From positions 1 to 64,000 of IMG/VR virus record IMGVR_UViG_3300017783_003463: DNA of 64,000 nt; one strand, written 5' to 3'. The stretch comes from an uncultured virus (IMG/VR IMGVR_UViG_3300017783_003463) (taxonomy: Duplodnaviria > Heunggongvirae > Uroviricota > Caudoviricetes). The translations under genes and the position numbers were made by a program. Positions 1 to 10,001 of the stretch are shown here, piece by piece. How positions within the stretch are numbered: the stretch's first letter is position 1; each line of letters starts with the position of its first letter. The notes under the pieces are model-generated. The model did not search any database, was not told the origin of the DNA, and was given only the letters and a program-made list of their open reading frames with translations.

Positions 1-542
1 CTGGTTTGTTGTGTTTGTAAAACTGTGCAGGTTTGTTTGCTGATTATTTTTCTTAATATGGTCAATACATGCGGACCTATATCTTCTAATACACTGATAG
101 TAGGATCACTTACATATGTGCTTCCGTGTCTTTGAACATTGTTTGCACTGTTCCATGTTATATCTATTGTTTTGGGTTGTTCAACTGTAGCGTCAGCTAT
201 CTCTTGTATGCGATTGCTGTATTCTAATTCTAACCCAACTACCAGTTTACATTTGTTTTTGTGTGCTAGGTCAACCAATTGATCATGTTGCTCCACGGAG
301 CGAACAAACGGTTTTTCAACCAGCAAGTGTCTACCATCTGCAAGTAATTCTACTGCACTAGCATAGTGATCATCTGGTAAGTTGGCAATCCACACATGTT
401 TGCCTGTGAGATTGAGCAAGTTATCCACACTCGCTAGTTTTGTGTTATGAGTATAATACTCGGTTTGATATTGATTGTTTGTTGCAACACGATCTATTAT
501 TTGAGCCCAACGTCCACCGCCTACTATTCCGAGGGTACGCAC
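1..542 (-). CDS. Gfo/Idh/MocA family NAD(P)-dependent oxidoreductase (runs off window edge; not in ORF track)
   Basis: Hand translation from GTG at 542: MRTLGIVGGGRWAQII (Rossmann motif)...HLLVEKPF (EKP motif)...LEDIGPHVL (DxGxH); open to position 1. Confidence 0.8.
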   Translation of the reverse strand, partial: MRTLGIVGGGRWAQIIDRVATNNQYQTEYYTHNTKLASVDNLLNLTGKHVWIANLPDDHYASAVELLADGRHLLVEKPFVRSVEQHDQLVDLAHKNKCKLVVGLELEYSNRIQEIADATVEQPKTIDITWNSANNVQRHGSTYVSDPTISVLEDIGPHVLTILRKIISKQTCTVLQTQQT

Positions 543-2005
543 ACTTCTACTCCGTACTGCTTGGTCCAACGATCAGCATCTTCTCTTGTGTTAACTAAAG
601 GTTCTCCCTTTATGTTTAAACTTGTATTCAATAACATAGGACAGCCTGTGTCTGCATACCAACGTTCTAGCAGTTTTCTGAATCCGCTATTATCAGTAGT
701 AGATACTGTTTGAACTCTGCTGGTGTCATCGTAGTGGACGATTGCTGGAAATTTGTCAGGTCTTTTACACGTTGAAGTATATTGCATGTATGGGCCTGTG
801 TAACCTGTGAAATAATCTCCGGCATGTTCAGCGAGTATGGCTGGGGCAAAGGGTCTGAAACTTTCTCTGTGTTTGATAGTGTTAACAAGGTCTTTGACAT
901 CATCTCCGCGGGGATCAGCAAGAATACTACGGTTGCCAAGAGCCCTAGGACCAAACTCAGCACGACCACTGGCAACTGCTGTAATTTTCTTTGACTGTAA
1001 ATTTTTGAGTATGTTTTCAACTGGATACTCTCCTTTAATATTATGTCCCAAATAAGGACCGGGCCATTCAATATGATGTCCCCAATGTGCTAGTACACAA
1101 CCTACTGCACTGCCACTATCACCTGGGTTTGGCATAATCCAAACATCTTTAAAGTACTTATATGCAATACTGTTGGCACTACAATTTAATGCACAGCCTC
1201 CCATCAGTACTAGGTTTTCTTTTTGAGTTGCATATTTTGTATACATAACTAAACCATCAAAAATTTCTTCGTATATACGCTGTACTGCGGCGGCAATGTC
1301 AGCATAGTCTTGTGGTGTGTTTAGATCAGGTCTCCAATCTAAACAACCTCTATGACAGTTGCGTTTGAATAGTGTATAAGGGCTCCAACGTGTAGGTGAA
1401 AATTCAATAAAATCATTCTTTATGTCCTGGTACAACCTATCTGGATCGCCCACAGCCGCCATACCCATGAGTATGTATTCATGTTCTTGTGGCTTTAGTC
1501 CTATACGCTGTGTCATAGCACTGTACCATATACCTATACTGTGTGGATAACGTTGACTCCAAGTTTTTTTAAGACTATCACCTTCGCCTGTCCATATACT
1601 AACAGTATCCCATTCACCTATACTATCTATATTCAATATAGCCGCATCAGTATAAGGTGATGTATAATATCCTGCGCCAGCATGGGCATGATGATGACTA
1701 GTTGTAGTGCATTTAGGCGCATCTTTTAGGAACTTGCGTACATATGTAGTAGGTGATTCTTTGCCTAGTAGTGCGTATTGCTTTGAATACAGTTGGCGTG
1801 TCTTTTTAAGTAATGGTTTCTCATAAAAATATATTTTGTATGGCTCGCCATAATCAAGAGCTTCATCGATTAAGTCTTGATTTAAGTTTTTATCATTCTT
1901 AACTCTACTGTAGCGTTCTGCATGTGCCGCAAACACTAGTTTTTTATCTCCAAATACTGCTAGGCTGGCATCATGTGCCATGCCTGTCCAGCCCCATGTG
2001 ATCAT
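524..2005 (-). CDS. Carbamoyltransferase, NodU/CmcH family
   Basis: HDASLA, ERYSRVK, HHHAHA, GGCALNC, EFGPRALGNRSILADP, RESFRPFAP, LLNTSLN motifs. Confidence 0.92.
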   Translation of the reverse strand: MITWGWTGMAHDASLAVFGDKKLVFAAHAERYSRVKNDKNLNQDLIDEALDYGEPYKIYFYEKPLLKKTRQLYSKQYALLGKESPTTYVRKFLKDAPKCTTTSHHHAHAGAGYYTSPYTDAAILNIDSIGEWDTVSIWTGEGDSLKKTWSQRYPHSIGIWYSAMTQRIGLKPQEHEYILMGMAAVGDPDRLYQDIKNDFIEFSPTRWSPYTLFKRNCHRGCLDWRPDLNTPQDYADIAAAVQRIYEEIFDGLVMYTKYATQKENLVLMGGCALNCSANSIAYKYFKDVWIMPNPGDSGSAVGCVLAHWGHHIEWPGPYLGHNIKGEYPVENILKNLQSKKITAVASGRAEFGPRALGNRSILADPRGDDVKDLVNTIKHRESFRPFAPAILAEHAGDYFTGYTGPYMQYTSTCKRPDKFPAIVHYDDTSRVQTVSTTDNSGFRKLLERWYADTGCPMLLNTSLNIKGEPLVNTREDADRWTKQYGVEVCVPSE

Positions 2006-2190
2006 AATTCGGTCTCATTCATATTAATACATATAGCCTGTTGTCCTGCTTTGAAGTATCCTGCACCTCTGCCTACTTCTTCACTGAGAGCTTCTCTTGC
2101 ATAAAAACATTCGTTCATATCTCTATGTTGACTTACTTTTTCTACATAAGGAGTTGCATCATAAAAATATACAAATACCAATACCCACAT
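2002..2190 (-). CDS. Small hypothetical protein
   Basis: 62 aa ORF coupled to both neighbours (ATGA and TAATG overlaps). Confidence 0.6.
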   Translation of the reverse strand: MWVLVFVYFYDATPYVEKVSQHRDMNECFYAREALSEEVGRGAGYFKAGQQAICINMNETEL

Positions 2191-2582
2191 TAAAGGTCGC
2201 CTCGCTCTCTCATTTCAGCACGAATTTTTGTAGCACTTATGTTGTGTACACGTTCGCCCAAGTCATGCTCAGTAAAAGTATAACCTACTCCTCTGCCATA
2301 ACTGATATCCACAATATTAGGAACTAGCATTACTTCAAAGTCTTCGCCAATAATATAACCTTTTGTATATAGACTACCAGCAATATCATTTTCTACTTGT
2401 TTAAAATCAAACGGATTATCTACGTTTCCCATTCCGGCATCAGCACCTTGTACATCACGAACCATAATTAATACTTGTCCTGTAATCCCTAGTGCCTTTT
2501 CAAAAAGTATTGTATGCCCTTCATGCCAAGGTTGCCATCTTCCTAGTAGTTGTACTGTTGGTTTTTTATAATCAAATACCAT
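2190..2582 (-). CDS. HxGH-family nucleotidyltransferase (cytidylyltransferase-like)
   Basis: GRWQPWHEGH motif, C-terminal ISATKIR. Confidence 0.8.
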   Translation of the reverse strand: MVFDYKKPTVQLLGRWQPWHEGHTILFEKALGITGQVLIMVRDVQGADAGMGNVDNPFDFKQVENDIAGSLYTKGYIIGEDFEVMLVPNIVDISYGRGVGYTFTEHDLGERVHNISATKIRAEMRERGDL

Positions 2583-3006
2583 TACGTTTTCTCCATCTTT
2601 CGACTACAGGTTTAAGTTGCTCAGCTGTGTCTGTAAACCATTGTGCTACATGGTAGTCACATGCAGGCGGTTTTTCAAACATAGCATTTGTATCCGCATA
2701 GCGTCCTTGTTCAATAGTATCCATCCACACTGTGTAGTCAGGTGCAAATTCTTGTCTTGCACGTTCTGTTGGACAAACAAAGTCTGCCACAGCTATTCCA
2801 CCTTTAGCAACAACACCATCTGCTAAGTCTCGCATACGTTTTGCTTGACGCATTCTACCTTCGGGTGTAAAGTCCCAATCGTTAGCTTGTTCTCTTACTC
2901 GATCAGCATTGATCCATACTGCGCCAATTAACTCAGCAAAGGGTTCTGCTAGTGTGCTTTTACCACTACCTGGTAGTCCAAATATCAATATTTTCATCTT
3001 GTACAT
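2572..3006 (-). CDS. P-loop kinase, adenylylsulfate (APS) kinase-like; likely start at 2997
   Basis: GLPGSGKST Walker A, NADRVR, DFTPEGRMRQ, FEKP resemble CysC motifs. Confidence 0.75.
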   Translation of the reverse strand: MYKMKILIFGLPGSGKSTLAEPFAELIGAVWINADRVREQANDWDFTPEGRMRQAKRMRDLADGVVAKGGIAVADFVCPTERARQEFAPDYTVWMDTIEQGRYADTNAMFEKPPACDYHVAQWFTDTAEQLKPVVERWRKRNGI

Positions 3007-3511
3007 CCTTTATTAGTTTGTATGGTATTCCAATACTTTCTAATAATCGTATGAGTCTTATCTCACTGCCTTTCATTATTGTATCTATAGAGTTATTATC
3101 TATAAATCTTTCTAAGTATTTTATTTGTCCATCGGTTAAATTCATATCCCATCTTTTTTGTATGTTATCACCTAGCTCAGTTTCAAATATGCCATTGGCC
3201 CATAACAAATCATCCTCTACTGCATGATTGCAGTAGTAGAATTCAAAATTCTCTTGCTCAAGTCGCCACAAATGTTCTTTCCAGTCAAACTTGTAAAAAC
3301 AAAGATCTTGGACATTTGCACCTTGTATAACAATATGTTCATACTTCTTTATTATATCATCTTTATGTAAATGTGTCAAGATATCATAATAGTTGATGTA
3401 GTTTCCGTAATCCAAAGTATACACAGTATATAGATGTTCATCAGACAACTTTTCTAACCAAGTTGATCCTGGTTTGCTTGCACCGTCACCAATTATCAGT
3501 ACATCTTTCAT
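2966..3511 (-). CDS. Hypothetical protein, possibly degenerate SGNH-like
   Basis: N-terminal VLIIGDG resembles GDS block; in operon. Confidence 0.45.
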   Translation of the reverse strand: MKDVLIIGDGASKPGSTWLEKLSDEHLYTVYTLDYGNYINYYDILTHLHKDDIIKKYEHIVIQGANVQDLCFYKFDWKEHLWRLEQENFEFYYCNHAVEDDLLWANGIFETELGDNIQKRWDMNLTDGQIKYLERFIDNNSIDTIMKGSEIRLIRLLESIGIPYKLIKDVQDENIDIWTTR

Positions 3512-4353
3512 CTCAGTTTTTCCAATGCTTTGCGTACAGCCTTTCCAACTTTTTTATTACCTGCTTTATTAAAATGTCCAATAAAAGTATCTTTACCATC
3601 TCTGCTTATTTTAGGATCTATAGGAGCAAATATATGATACTTTTTATTGAGGAACATGTTCATACTACCTTTACCTACTCCCCAAGGATACGGAATATCT
3701 AAACATATACCGTGTTCAAATTGAGGTGTGACTTCTTCAGCTTCTTCTACCCATTTAAAATAATACAGTGGTGTTTCAGTTTCTCTGCATCTTTCATCTA
3801 TTAGTGTAGCACAACTTTGTATCACATGTTTATTGGTCATGCCATGAAACATCATTTTTCGCCATTCAATAGCTTCGTTTATGTTTCCTCCAAAGTCACC
3901 TTTGCCGTTAGCACTAATAAAATTAAAGTATCTAGCAGTGCCTTTACCTTGATATAAATCAACGTTTTCTGCTTGCACTTCATACTCATGCCAAAATCTA
4001 TCACCTATATGTCCTGGTTCATTCCATGTGAGTCTAGGTTCATATGTTAATTGTACTAATACATAATCGAAATCTTTGAGACGATTTTTATTGTAATAGT
4101 GTTCGAGTACTGTAGCATGTTGTACTATGCCTCCACCACTAACTGCATAAAGTGTGTGATAGTTTTTTGGATCTAAACTCTCAACCCAACCGCCATTTAC
4201 ATCAAGTGTTTCTCTGCCTAGTCCGTTGTCTACTTTCTTTGTAGTGCCGTCAGGTTGTAGCACATCACTATACATAATATAGTTTGGATCATATGTATAG
4301 CTTCCTGCACTAAAACTACAGCCAAACACCAATACATTTTCATTGTAGTCCAT
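3508..4353 (-). CDS. SGNH/GDSL hydrolase-like protein
   Basis: VFGCSFS near N-terminus, GHFNKAGN near C-terminus. Confidence 0.6.
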   Translation of the reverse strand: MDYNENVLVFGCSFSAGSYTYDPNYIMYSDVLQPDGTTKKVDNGLGRETLDVNGGWVESLDPKNYHTLYAVSGGGIVQHATVLEHYYNKNRLKDFDYVLVQLTYEPRLTWNEPGHIGDRFWHEYEVQAENVDLYQGKGTARYFNFISANGKGDFGGNINEAIEWRKMMFHGMTNKHVIQSCATLIDERCRETETPLYYFKWVEEAEEVTPQFEHGICLDIPYPWGVGKGSMNMFLNKKYHIFAPIDPKISRDGKDTFIGHFNKAGNKKVGKAVRKALEKLR

Positions 4354-4999
4354 CGCCTAAACCTTTTTTAATCATCTGTCCTAAAACAGTGTTTCCTTTT
4401 TGTGTAAAGTGTAAATCCGGATTGTGTAAATCTTTTTTGTAAAACAGTTGTTCAGTTGCAGGCTTTACATCTAAGTATTTAATATATTTATATGGGTACT
4501 TAACTCCAGTAAAACTGTAGCTGTATGTGGGCAATCCTGTTTGTTGGGCTAGACGATCCAAGTGACTTGCACATGCTTTAGTTAGTATATTCCAACTGTT
4601 TTCCATTTGCCAAAACCAATCACTCATTCCTTGTTGCCATTTGAAATTATATTGGTTAGCAATTTTGTTTTGCACTTTAGGTAATCCTCCTAGTCTATTA
4701 TGAAATGCATTATCTATTGTCCATGCAAAAACATTGAGTCTAGATGTATAATACTCAAGTTGTTTTTGTATTACAATTCTAGGTTCCCATGTCTCTTGTA
4801 TAATTATAGCACTATATTTTTTTATGTCAATTGATTCTAAACATGCACAGTAGCTCATAATGCCACCTCCTGGATGTGCATAAACTTGATATGGCCGATC
4901 AAGTTCATCATACCAGCAATAGTCTGTGTGTAGTGTTTCTGTTGTATTGTCGTAGCTGTACCAGCCCATACTAAAACTACAACCTAATATTAATATCAT
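4340..4999 (-). CDS. SGNH/GDSL hydrolase-like protein (paralogue of 3508-4353)
   Basis: ILGCSFS and DLHFTQKGN (DxH); shared TxEPR segment. Confidence 0.6.
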   Translation of the reverse strand: MILILGCSFSMGWYSYDNTTETLHTDYCWYDELDRPYQVYAHPGGGIMSYCACLESIDIKKYSAIIIQETWEPRIVIQKQLEYYTSRLNVFAWTIDNAFHNRLGGLPKVQNKIANQYNFKWQQGMSDWFWQMENSWNILTKACASHLDRLAQQTGLPTYSYSFTGVKYPYKYIKYLDVKPATEQLFYKKDLHNPDLHFTQKGNTVLGQMIKKGLGDGLQ

Positions 5000-6270
5000 G
5001 CGTTAGCCTGTTCAACCAGTGTTTTCATATTTCCAAAGTTTACACTTTTATGATTTGCATTTGCTACTCTAGGATCACGTAGCACTTGTAAAAAGTTTTC
5101 GTATTCAGGATGATCGGGTTTCCAAATAGCTCTAATATTAAAGTCAATCATGTGTCCCCAATCAACAATAAGTGTAAATGTTGCTCTACTATACTTTCCA
5201 GGTCCTGACCAACGATCTGTTACCATTTGTATAAAGTCTGGTATCTCTTTATAGTTACATGTTTGTACAACAAAGTTATGACTCATTGCTCCGCTGAGTA
5301 GATTACCTGTATTGTAACTATTTTTAGTTTTTGTAAAACTAGGTATTTGACTGTAAACATAATCTACATTACTGACTAGTTGATCCCAGTGACCTCCTAG
5401 TCTTGTTTCTTTTTCATATGTTTCTTTTTTACCAGCATCAAAACTAAAAACAATTTGTTTAATTTGTTTATGAACTTTGCTTATACTATCCCAAACCTTA
5501 GGAGTAAGCATTACACCGTTTGTTTGAAAGTTAAGCCATGTGTTTGGTCTGTCAGTAAGATCCATTTCTTGTAAACGTTCTCTAAATATTTTACTACCAA
5601 AAGGATCACCACCACCTGTTATCCATATATCAAATTGATAATCTTTAGGTGCCTTCATTATTTCATCAAATAACTTATCTGTAAGTGATTTTCTTTGATC
5701 ATATTTTTCACCTTTAGAATGAATAATTTTACTATTTCTACAGCTAGGACAATATAAGTTACAACTTTCATCTGTACCAACTTGTATATCGTGTGGCAAG
5801 TAACTGGCTTGCGTACTACGGTTTTTTAATGACTCAATAATAATTGGATCTACATTATATTTTTTAGGATTATCTATTACATTAGTTATTAGTGGCAATG
5901 CTGTTTCTGCATACTGAATTTTAGGACAAGTGTTGTGTTTGCAATGGGGCCAGTTCGCTCCGTCATACAACTGGTTACGAATTTCCTGCGCCTTAGATCC
6001 ATTCCATATCTCTTCCATTGTGTTTACATTTAGATCACCTATGACTACTGGTAGCCAAAAAGGACAACACATGAAAACCAAACCCATGTTATTGATTTCT
6101 GCTCTATTAAAAAAATAACTGCAATATCTTCCGTTAAGATCTTTTTTGGTACCCGCAATAAGACTATCGTCTTGGTGGAAACCTTTGGGCTTCCATCCCT
6201 TAGGTTTACCTTTTATTACAATGTCAGGCGTTGAAGACTGCACTGCATCTACTACAGAGGTCAATGTCAC
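4996..6270 (-). CDS. Radical SAM protein with N-terminal SPASM/twitch-like Cys domain (start may be GTG at 6243)
   Basis: CNLYCPSC, GGGDPF, QTNG; N-terminal C...CC...IGDL...EIWN...C..C. Confidence 0.85.
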   Translation of the reverse strand: MTLTSVVDAVQSSTPDIVIKGKPKGWKPKGFHQDDSLIAGTKKDLNGRYCSYFFNRAEINNMGLVFMCCPFWLPVVIGDLNVNTMEEIWNGSKAQEIRNQLYDGANWPHCKHNTCPKIQYAETALPLITNVIDNPKKYNVDPIIIESLKNRSTQASYLPHDIQVGTDESCNLYCPSCRNSKIIHSKGEKYDQRKSLTDKLFDEIMKAPKDYQFDIWITGGGDPFGSKIFRERLQEMDLTDRPNTWLNFQTNGVMLTPKVWDSISKVHKQIKQIVFSFDAGKKETYEKETRLGGHWDQLVSNVDYVYSQIPSFTKTKNSYNTGNLLSGAMSHNFVVQTCNYKEIPDFIQMVTDRWSGPGKYSRATFTLIVDWGHMIDFNIRAIWKPDHPEYENFLQVLRDPRVANANHKSVNFGNMKTLVEQANA

Positions 6271-7018
6271 AGCGTTTTCCTTTTGCTAATAATGATTTAT
6301 AGTCATTGTACTTTTTGCTATTCCAAACGTCTACAGGACTTGTATTCATGTCAACTTTGCCCACAGGATTGCGTTTACCAAAGTCCCATGGACACAAATA
6401 CATTGTACCGTCGATATATATAAATGCTTCATTTTCAACTTTTTTACAAGGCAAGTTTAAACTTTCGGTCTGATCTTCCCAAGGATGAGAATACAGTTCA
6501 GTAATTTTAGCACATCCTGGTCTTACATTATTCCAATAATCTAAAAACATTTCCTGTTCAGCTTCGGTATCTGGCAAGTTAATCATTCTCACCTCACAAT
6601 CTATTTCAGGATGATTGTCTACAAATCTAGTTACGTTTTCATATACTCTATCAAAGCTAATACCTCTTGTTTCATCAAAAGTTTTTTTAGTAAATCCATC
6701 AACACTAAAACGCATTATGTCAACAAACGGTGCAATCTTTCGTTCTGTTTTCAGCGTCATGGGTTCACCATTGCTGTTGAGTTCTACTTTGGCTGTAGGA
6801 TCTTCTTTGATATATCTTGCTATGTCCGGAAGTCTTGTATCAACTAGCGGCTCGCCTAGTCCAAAAGGTCTATACGTTATGCCTAGGTCTCTTGTATCAT
6901 CTATAATTTTATAGATCAATTCAGGTTCCATGTGTTCTTTAGGAACCAAATGATTTGGACAAAACCAACAAGTTGCATTACAAAATGTAGTTGTTTCTAT
7001 TTGGAGGTATTTAAACAT
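6224..7018 (-). CDS. Radical SAM protein with C-terminal SPASM domain
   Basis: CNATCWFC, GLGEPL, NSNG; C-terminal C...CPWD...CSRC. Confidence 0.88.
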   Translation of the reverse strand: MFKYLQIETTTFCNATCWFCPNHLVPKEHMEPELIYKIIDDTRDLGITYRPFGLGEPLVDTRLPDIARYIKEDPTAKVELNSNGEPMTLKTERKIAPFVDIMRFSVDGFTKKTFDETRGISFDRVYENVTRFVDNHPEIDCEVRMINLPDTEAEQEMFLDYWNNVRPGCAKITELYSHPWEDQTESLNLPCKKVENEAFIYIDGTMYLCPWDFGKRNPVGKVDMNTSPVDVWNSKKYNDYKSLLAKGKRCDIDLCSRCSAVFNA

Positions 7019-8097
7019 ATTAGTTTCTCAAATTGATCCTTGGGCAATGTAGTTAATCTGATAGCTGTGCTACTAAATTCTGGTGCTTTGCCATACAGTA
7101 TCTTTTGAGAATCTAATCTACTGATTATTTCGTCAGTTGGCTCAAACACAACATGATTGATCGTTGGCTCGCTATATATTTTACAATTACTAAAATATTT
7201 ATGTGCAAACTCAATACCTTCTCTATTGCGTTCCAAGCTCTTTTCTACTATATAATGATGTTTGTGCAGGTATTCTGCAAGTCTAAGTGTAATACTGCTT
7301 ACACTCATAATTGGTCTTATCTTTGTAATTTGACTAATTGTATTTGCATGTCCTTGTAGTATGCCAAGTCTAGCACCTGCAAGTCCCCAACTTTTGCTAT
7401 AACTAAATGCTAATAAACAATTTTCATAATTGCATAAGTCAAAATAATCTTCTGTACAAAAATGTCTGTATGTATTATCTATTAGCACAGTCATTTTTGG
7501 ATATGCTCCACAGATATAATCTATAAACTTTGCACTGTAAACTCGACCACTTGGATTATTTGGACTACAAATGTAAAATACATCTGGTCGATGCTGTTCT
7601 ATACTAGCTGTGATACTATCTTCATCTTCGTTGCATTCAATTATATTTGTAGTAAGGTCTATTGCATTTGTAACACTGCCTCTGTATGTTGGTGCTATTG
7701 TTAAGAACGTTTTACTATTATCAAGTGTTGCTTCAAATGTTAAACGTATTGCTTCGTCACAACCTCCAGTAATTAATATATTGTCCATTGTTGTGTTGTA
7801 GTAGTCGGCAAATATTTCATAGTACCTATAGTAATCTTCATACTTCATTGAACTTGACAAATCCAAAAAGTGTTTTATAGCTTTTTGTATATGACCACAC
7901 AGTACTTCGTCTTGGTTTTCATTTCTATCTAAGTTTATGTAGCCAGCTTCGATCTTTTCTACTCTATTAAGTAAGCCACTCCAATGTGGTCTTTGTAGTT
8001 GTTTTATACTATCTCTAATCACTGAACACAACCTCAGCCTCAGCTTTTTGCTCTTCAGTTCTTTCAAAATAATATTTGTGTTCAATGTCTCTACCAT
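6997..8097 (-). CDS. PLP-dependent class I/II aminotransferase-like enzyme (HisC/CobD-like); likely start GTG at 8022
   Basis: LDRNEN, GGCDEAI, SPNNPSG, DNTY, SYSKSWGLAGARLG (PLP lysine). Confidence 0.85.
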   Translation of the reverse strand: MVETLNTNIILKELKSKKLRLRLCSVIRDSIKQLQRPHWSGLLNRVEKIEAGYINLDRNENQDEVLCGHIQKAIKHFLDLSSSMKYEDYYRYYEIFADYYNTTMDNILITGGCDEAIRLTFEATLDNSKTFLTIAPTYRGSVTNAIDLTTNIIECNEDEDSITASIEQHRPDVFYICSPNNPSGRVYSAKFIDYICGAYPKMTVLIDNTYRHFCTEDYFDLCNYENCLLAFSYSKSWGLAGARLGILQGHANTISQITKIRPIMSVSSITLRLAEYLHKHHYIVEKSLERNREGIEFAHKYFSNCKIYSEPTINHVVFEPTDEIISRLDSQKILYGKAPEFSSTAIRLTTLPKDQFEKLICLNTSK

Positions 8098-9388
8098 AGA
8101 TAGGATAGTAAAAAATATCTTTATCTTTGGGTATTATTTTTTGCACTTTTTCAGCAAAAGGTGTATCTTCAAAACTCATACACTTAACATTAATTTGATC
8201 TTGTGGATAGTCTGCAACTAAATTGCTAACTTTTTGTAACACTTTATCTATTGTAAACTCTACATGAAAACTAAATTCTAAGAACACACCTTTGTCTAAT
8301 AGATCTCTATATTTTTTCTCACTGCCTGTTCCGTTTGTGCTTATTCTAGTTTCATATCCTTTTTTAAACGCTATGTCTACTAGGTCTGCTATCTGTGGAT
8401 TGAGTGTTGGTTCTCCTCCGGTAATATAAAGTCGTCGACTGGGTTTTTTAGGAACATAAGGATCAACTAAATTTAATCCATGTGTAAACTCATCTACAGT
8501 CATATGTGGGCTTGCGTTATCATGTACACCATTTATTAACTTGCCTGTATCATCAAAAGTTGGTCCAGGACAATATGCACAATCATAATTGCAACGTAAT
8601 CCAATATGAAAATGTACTTCAGCCATTGGCATTGCCATACCTCTACCCATTGCTACAATGTTATCATCTGTTTTTGCAACTGGTAATTCTTCTAACTGCC
8701 AATGATTAAACTGTTTATTTGTAGTAAAATATTCTAACAATTCTTCTGTTTTTGCTTTTGGTTGTAGTAAGTCAGCATCACAAAAACATGCTTTGGTTTT
8801 ACACAAAGTTTCTGTATTAAGATCTAACTTGTTATAATCTTTCCAATGTCCTTCGTGACTTGCAATATGTCTCACATTTGCACAAACACCACTACAAATT
8901 TCACCAACTGGATTAATACTAAAGTTAGTTTTATATATAGGACAATGCCAGCCTCGCATGTCCATTTGACGCATTTTTAAGTCTACCATGCTTATGCGTT
9001 TGTATTCCATTTTGTCTGTTAATACATAAACTGGATTCTCTACATACACAGGCTTTTTATAACCAATAGTGCCATCATCTCGTATTAGTATGCCGGTATT
9101 ACCTGTACCAATCCATACGTTACCATTCATATTTCTTGTTACAAGTTGTTCAACAATTTGTCCATCTTCGTAACGGTTAATATTACGAGTAACTTTGCTT
9201 ACAGCATAACCATGTAACTTGTCGTCTTTATACTGTCCTGCATATGTTTTGTCAACACCCAATCCGTTGCGTTTACCGTCAGTATATTCAGCAACCGAAT
9301 CTTCCATCTCGCCCGGACCCGAGTAACCATTTCTAAGCATTTTTTTAGTTACTTTCATGGTACTCGCTTCCTTGTCTGAAGAAATCAT
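8015..9388 (-). CDS. Radical SAM protein with N-terminal MORN-like repeats and auxiliary Cys domain
   Basis: CNYDCAYC, TGGEPT, STNG; YAGQYKDDKLHGYA; CKTKACFCDAD. Confidence 0.8.
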   Translation of the reverse strand: MISSDKEASTMKVTKKMLRNGYSGPGEMEDSVAEYTDGKRNGLGVDKTYAGQYKDDKLHGYAVSKVTRNINRYEDGQIVEQLVTRNMNGNVWIGTGNTGILIRDDGTIGYKKPVYVENPVYVLTDKMEYKRISMVDLKMRQMDMRGWHCPIYKTNFSINPVGEICSGVCANVRHIASHEGHWKDYNKLDLNTETLCKTKACFCDADLLQPKAKTEELLEYFTTNKQFNHWQLEELPVAKTDDNIVAMGRGMAMPMAEVHFHIGLRCNYDCAYCPGPTFDDTGKLINGVHDNASPHMTVDEFTHGLNLVDPYVPKKPSRRLYITGGEPTLNPQIADLVDIAFKKGYETRISTNGTGSEKKYRDLLDKGVFLEFSFHVEFTIDKVLQKVSNLVADYPQDQINVKCMSFEDTPFAEKVQKIIPKDKDIFYYPIYGRDIEHKYYFERTEEQKAEAEVVFSD

Positions 9389-10001
9389 ATTCTGGGTATC
9401 CAGTAACTTCTTTTAGTATAAAGTTATCCTTTTTAAAAACCAGATCAACCTGGTGCAGGTTTCCACGTTCATAATCCATGTTTACAATATCCCACAAGTG
9501 AAAACCTATATCTTCTAGTTCTATTTTTATAAAACCAATAGTGTCTAATTGACTTTCTACTACTATCAGATTAAATTTAGCCAGTGTCTCTAATCCGCCA
9601 ACTATTACATCTAATTCATAACCATCGACGTCAATTTTACACAAACTATGCAAAGGTGGGTCAATACCTAAACTATCCAAAGTTTTTATGTTAGACTTTA
9701 TATCAAAAGTTTCGCCTTCGTGTACGCACCTTAAACTTGCTTGTGTTTGATTAGTGTTACCAACTGCTACATTTATAAGTTCATAACTGTAGTTTTTATA
9801 GTTTTCGTATATTACATTATTATGATTTGTATCTGGTTCAACTAAAACATAATGTGCTTTAGGAAAACTATACTGTAACCACGGAGTTCCCGAATGTACT
9901 CCAATATCCAAACAATATTCAACGTGACAACCCGACTCTTTTAAAAATTGCAAGCTATCTTTTATTCTAGGAATACGATGTCTAATCATTTCCGACCTCA
10001 T
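9345..10001 (-). CDS. FkbM-family SAM-dependent methyltransferase
   Basis: LDIGVHSG, VEP, NVAVG, KIDVDGYELDVIVG. Confidence 0.85.
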   Translation of the reverse strand: MRSEMIRHRIPRIKDSLQFLKESGCHVEYCLDIGVHSGTPWLQYSFPKAHYVLVEPDTNHNNVIYENYKNYSYELINVAVGNTNQTQASLRCVHEGETFDIKSNIKTLDSLGIDPPLHSLCKIDVDGYELDVIVGGLETLAKFNLIVVESQLDTIGFIKIELEDIGFHLWDIVNMDYERGNLHQVDLVFKKDNFILKEVTGYPEYDFFRQGSEYHESN

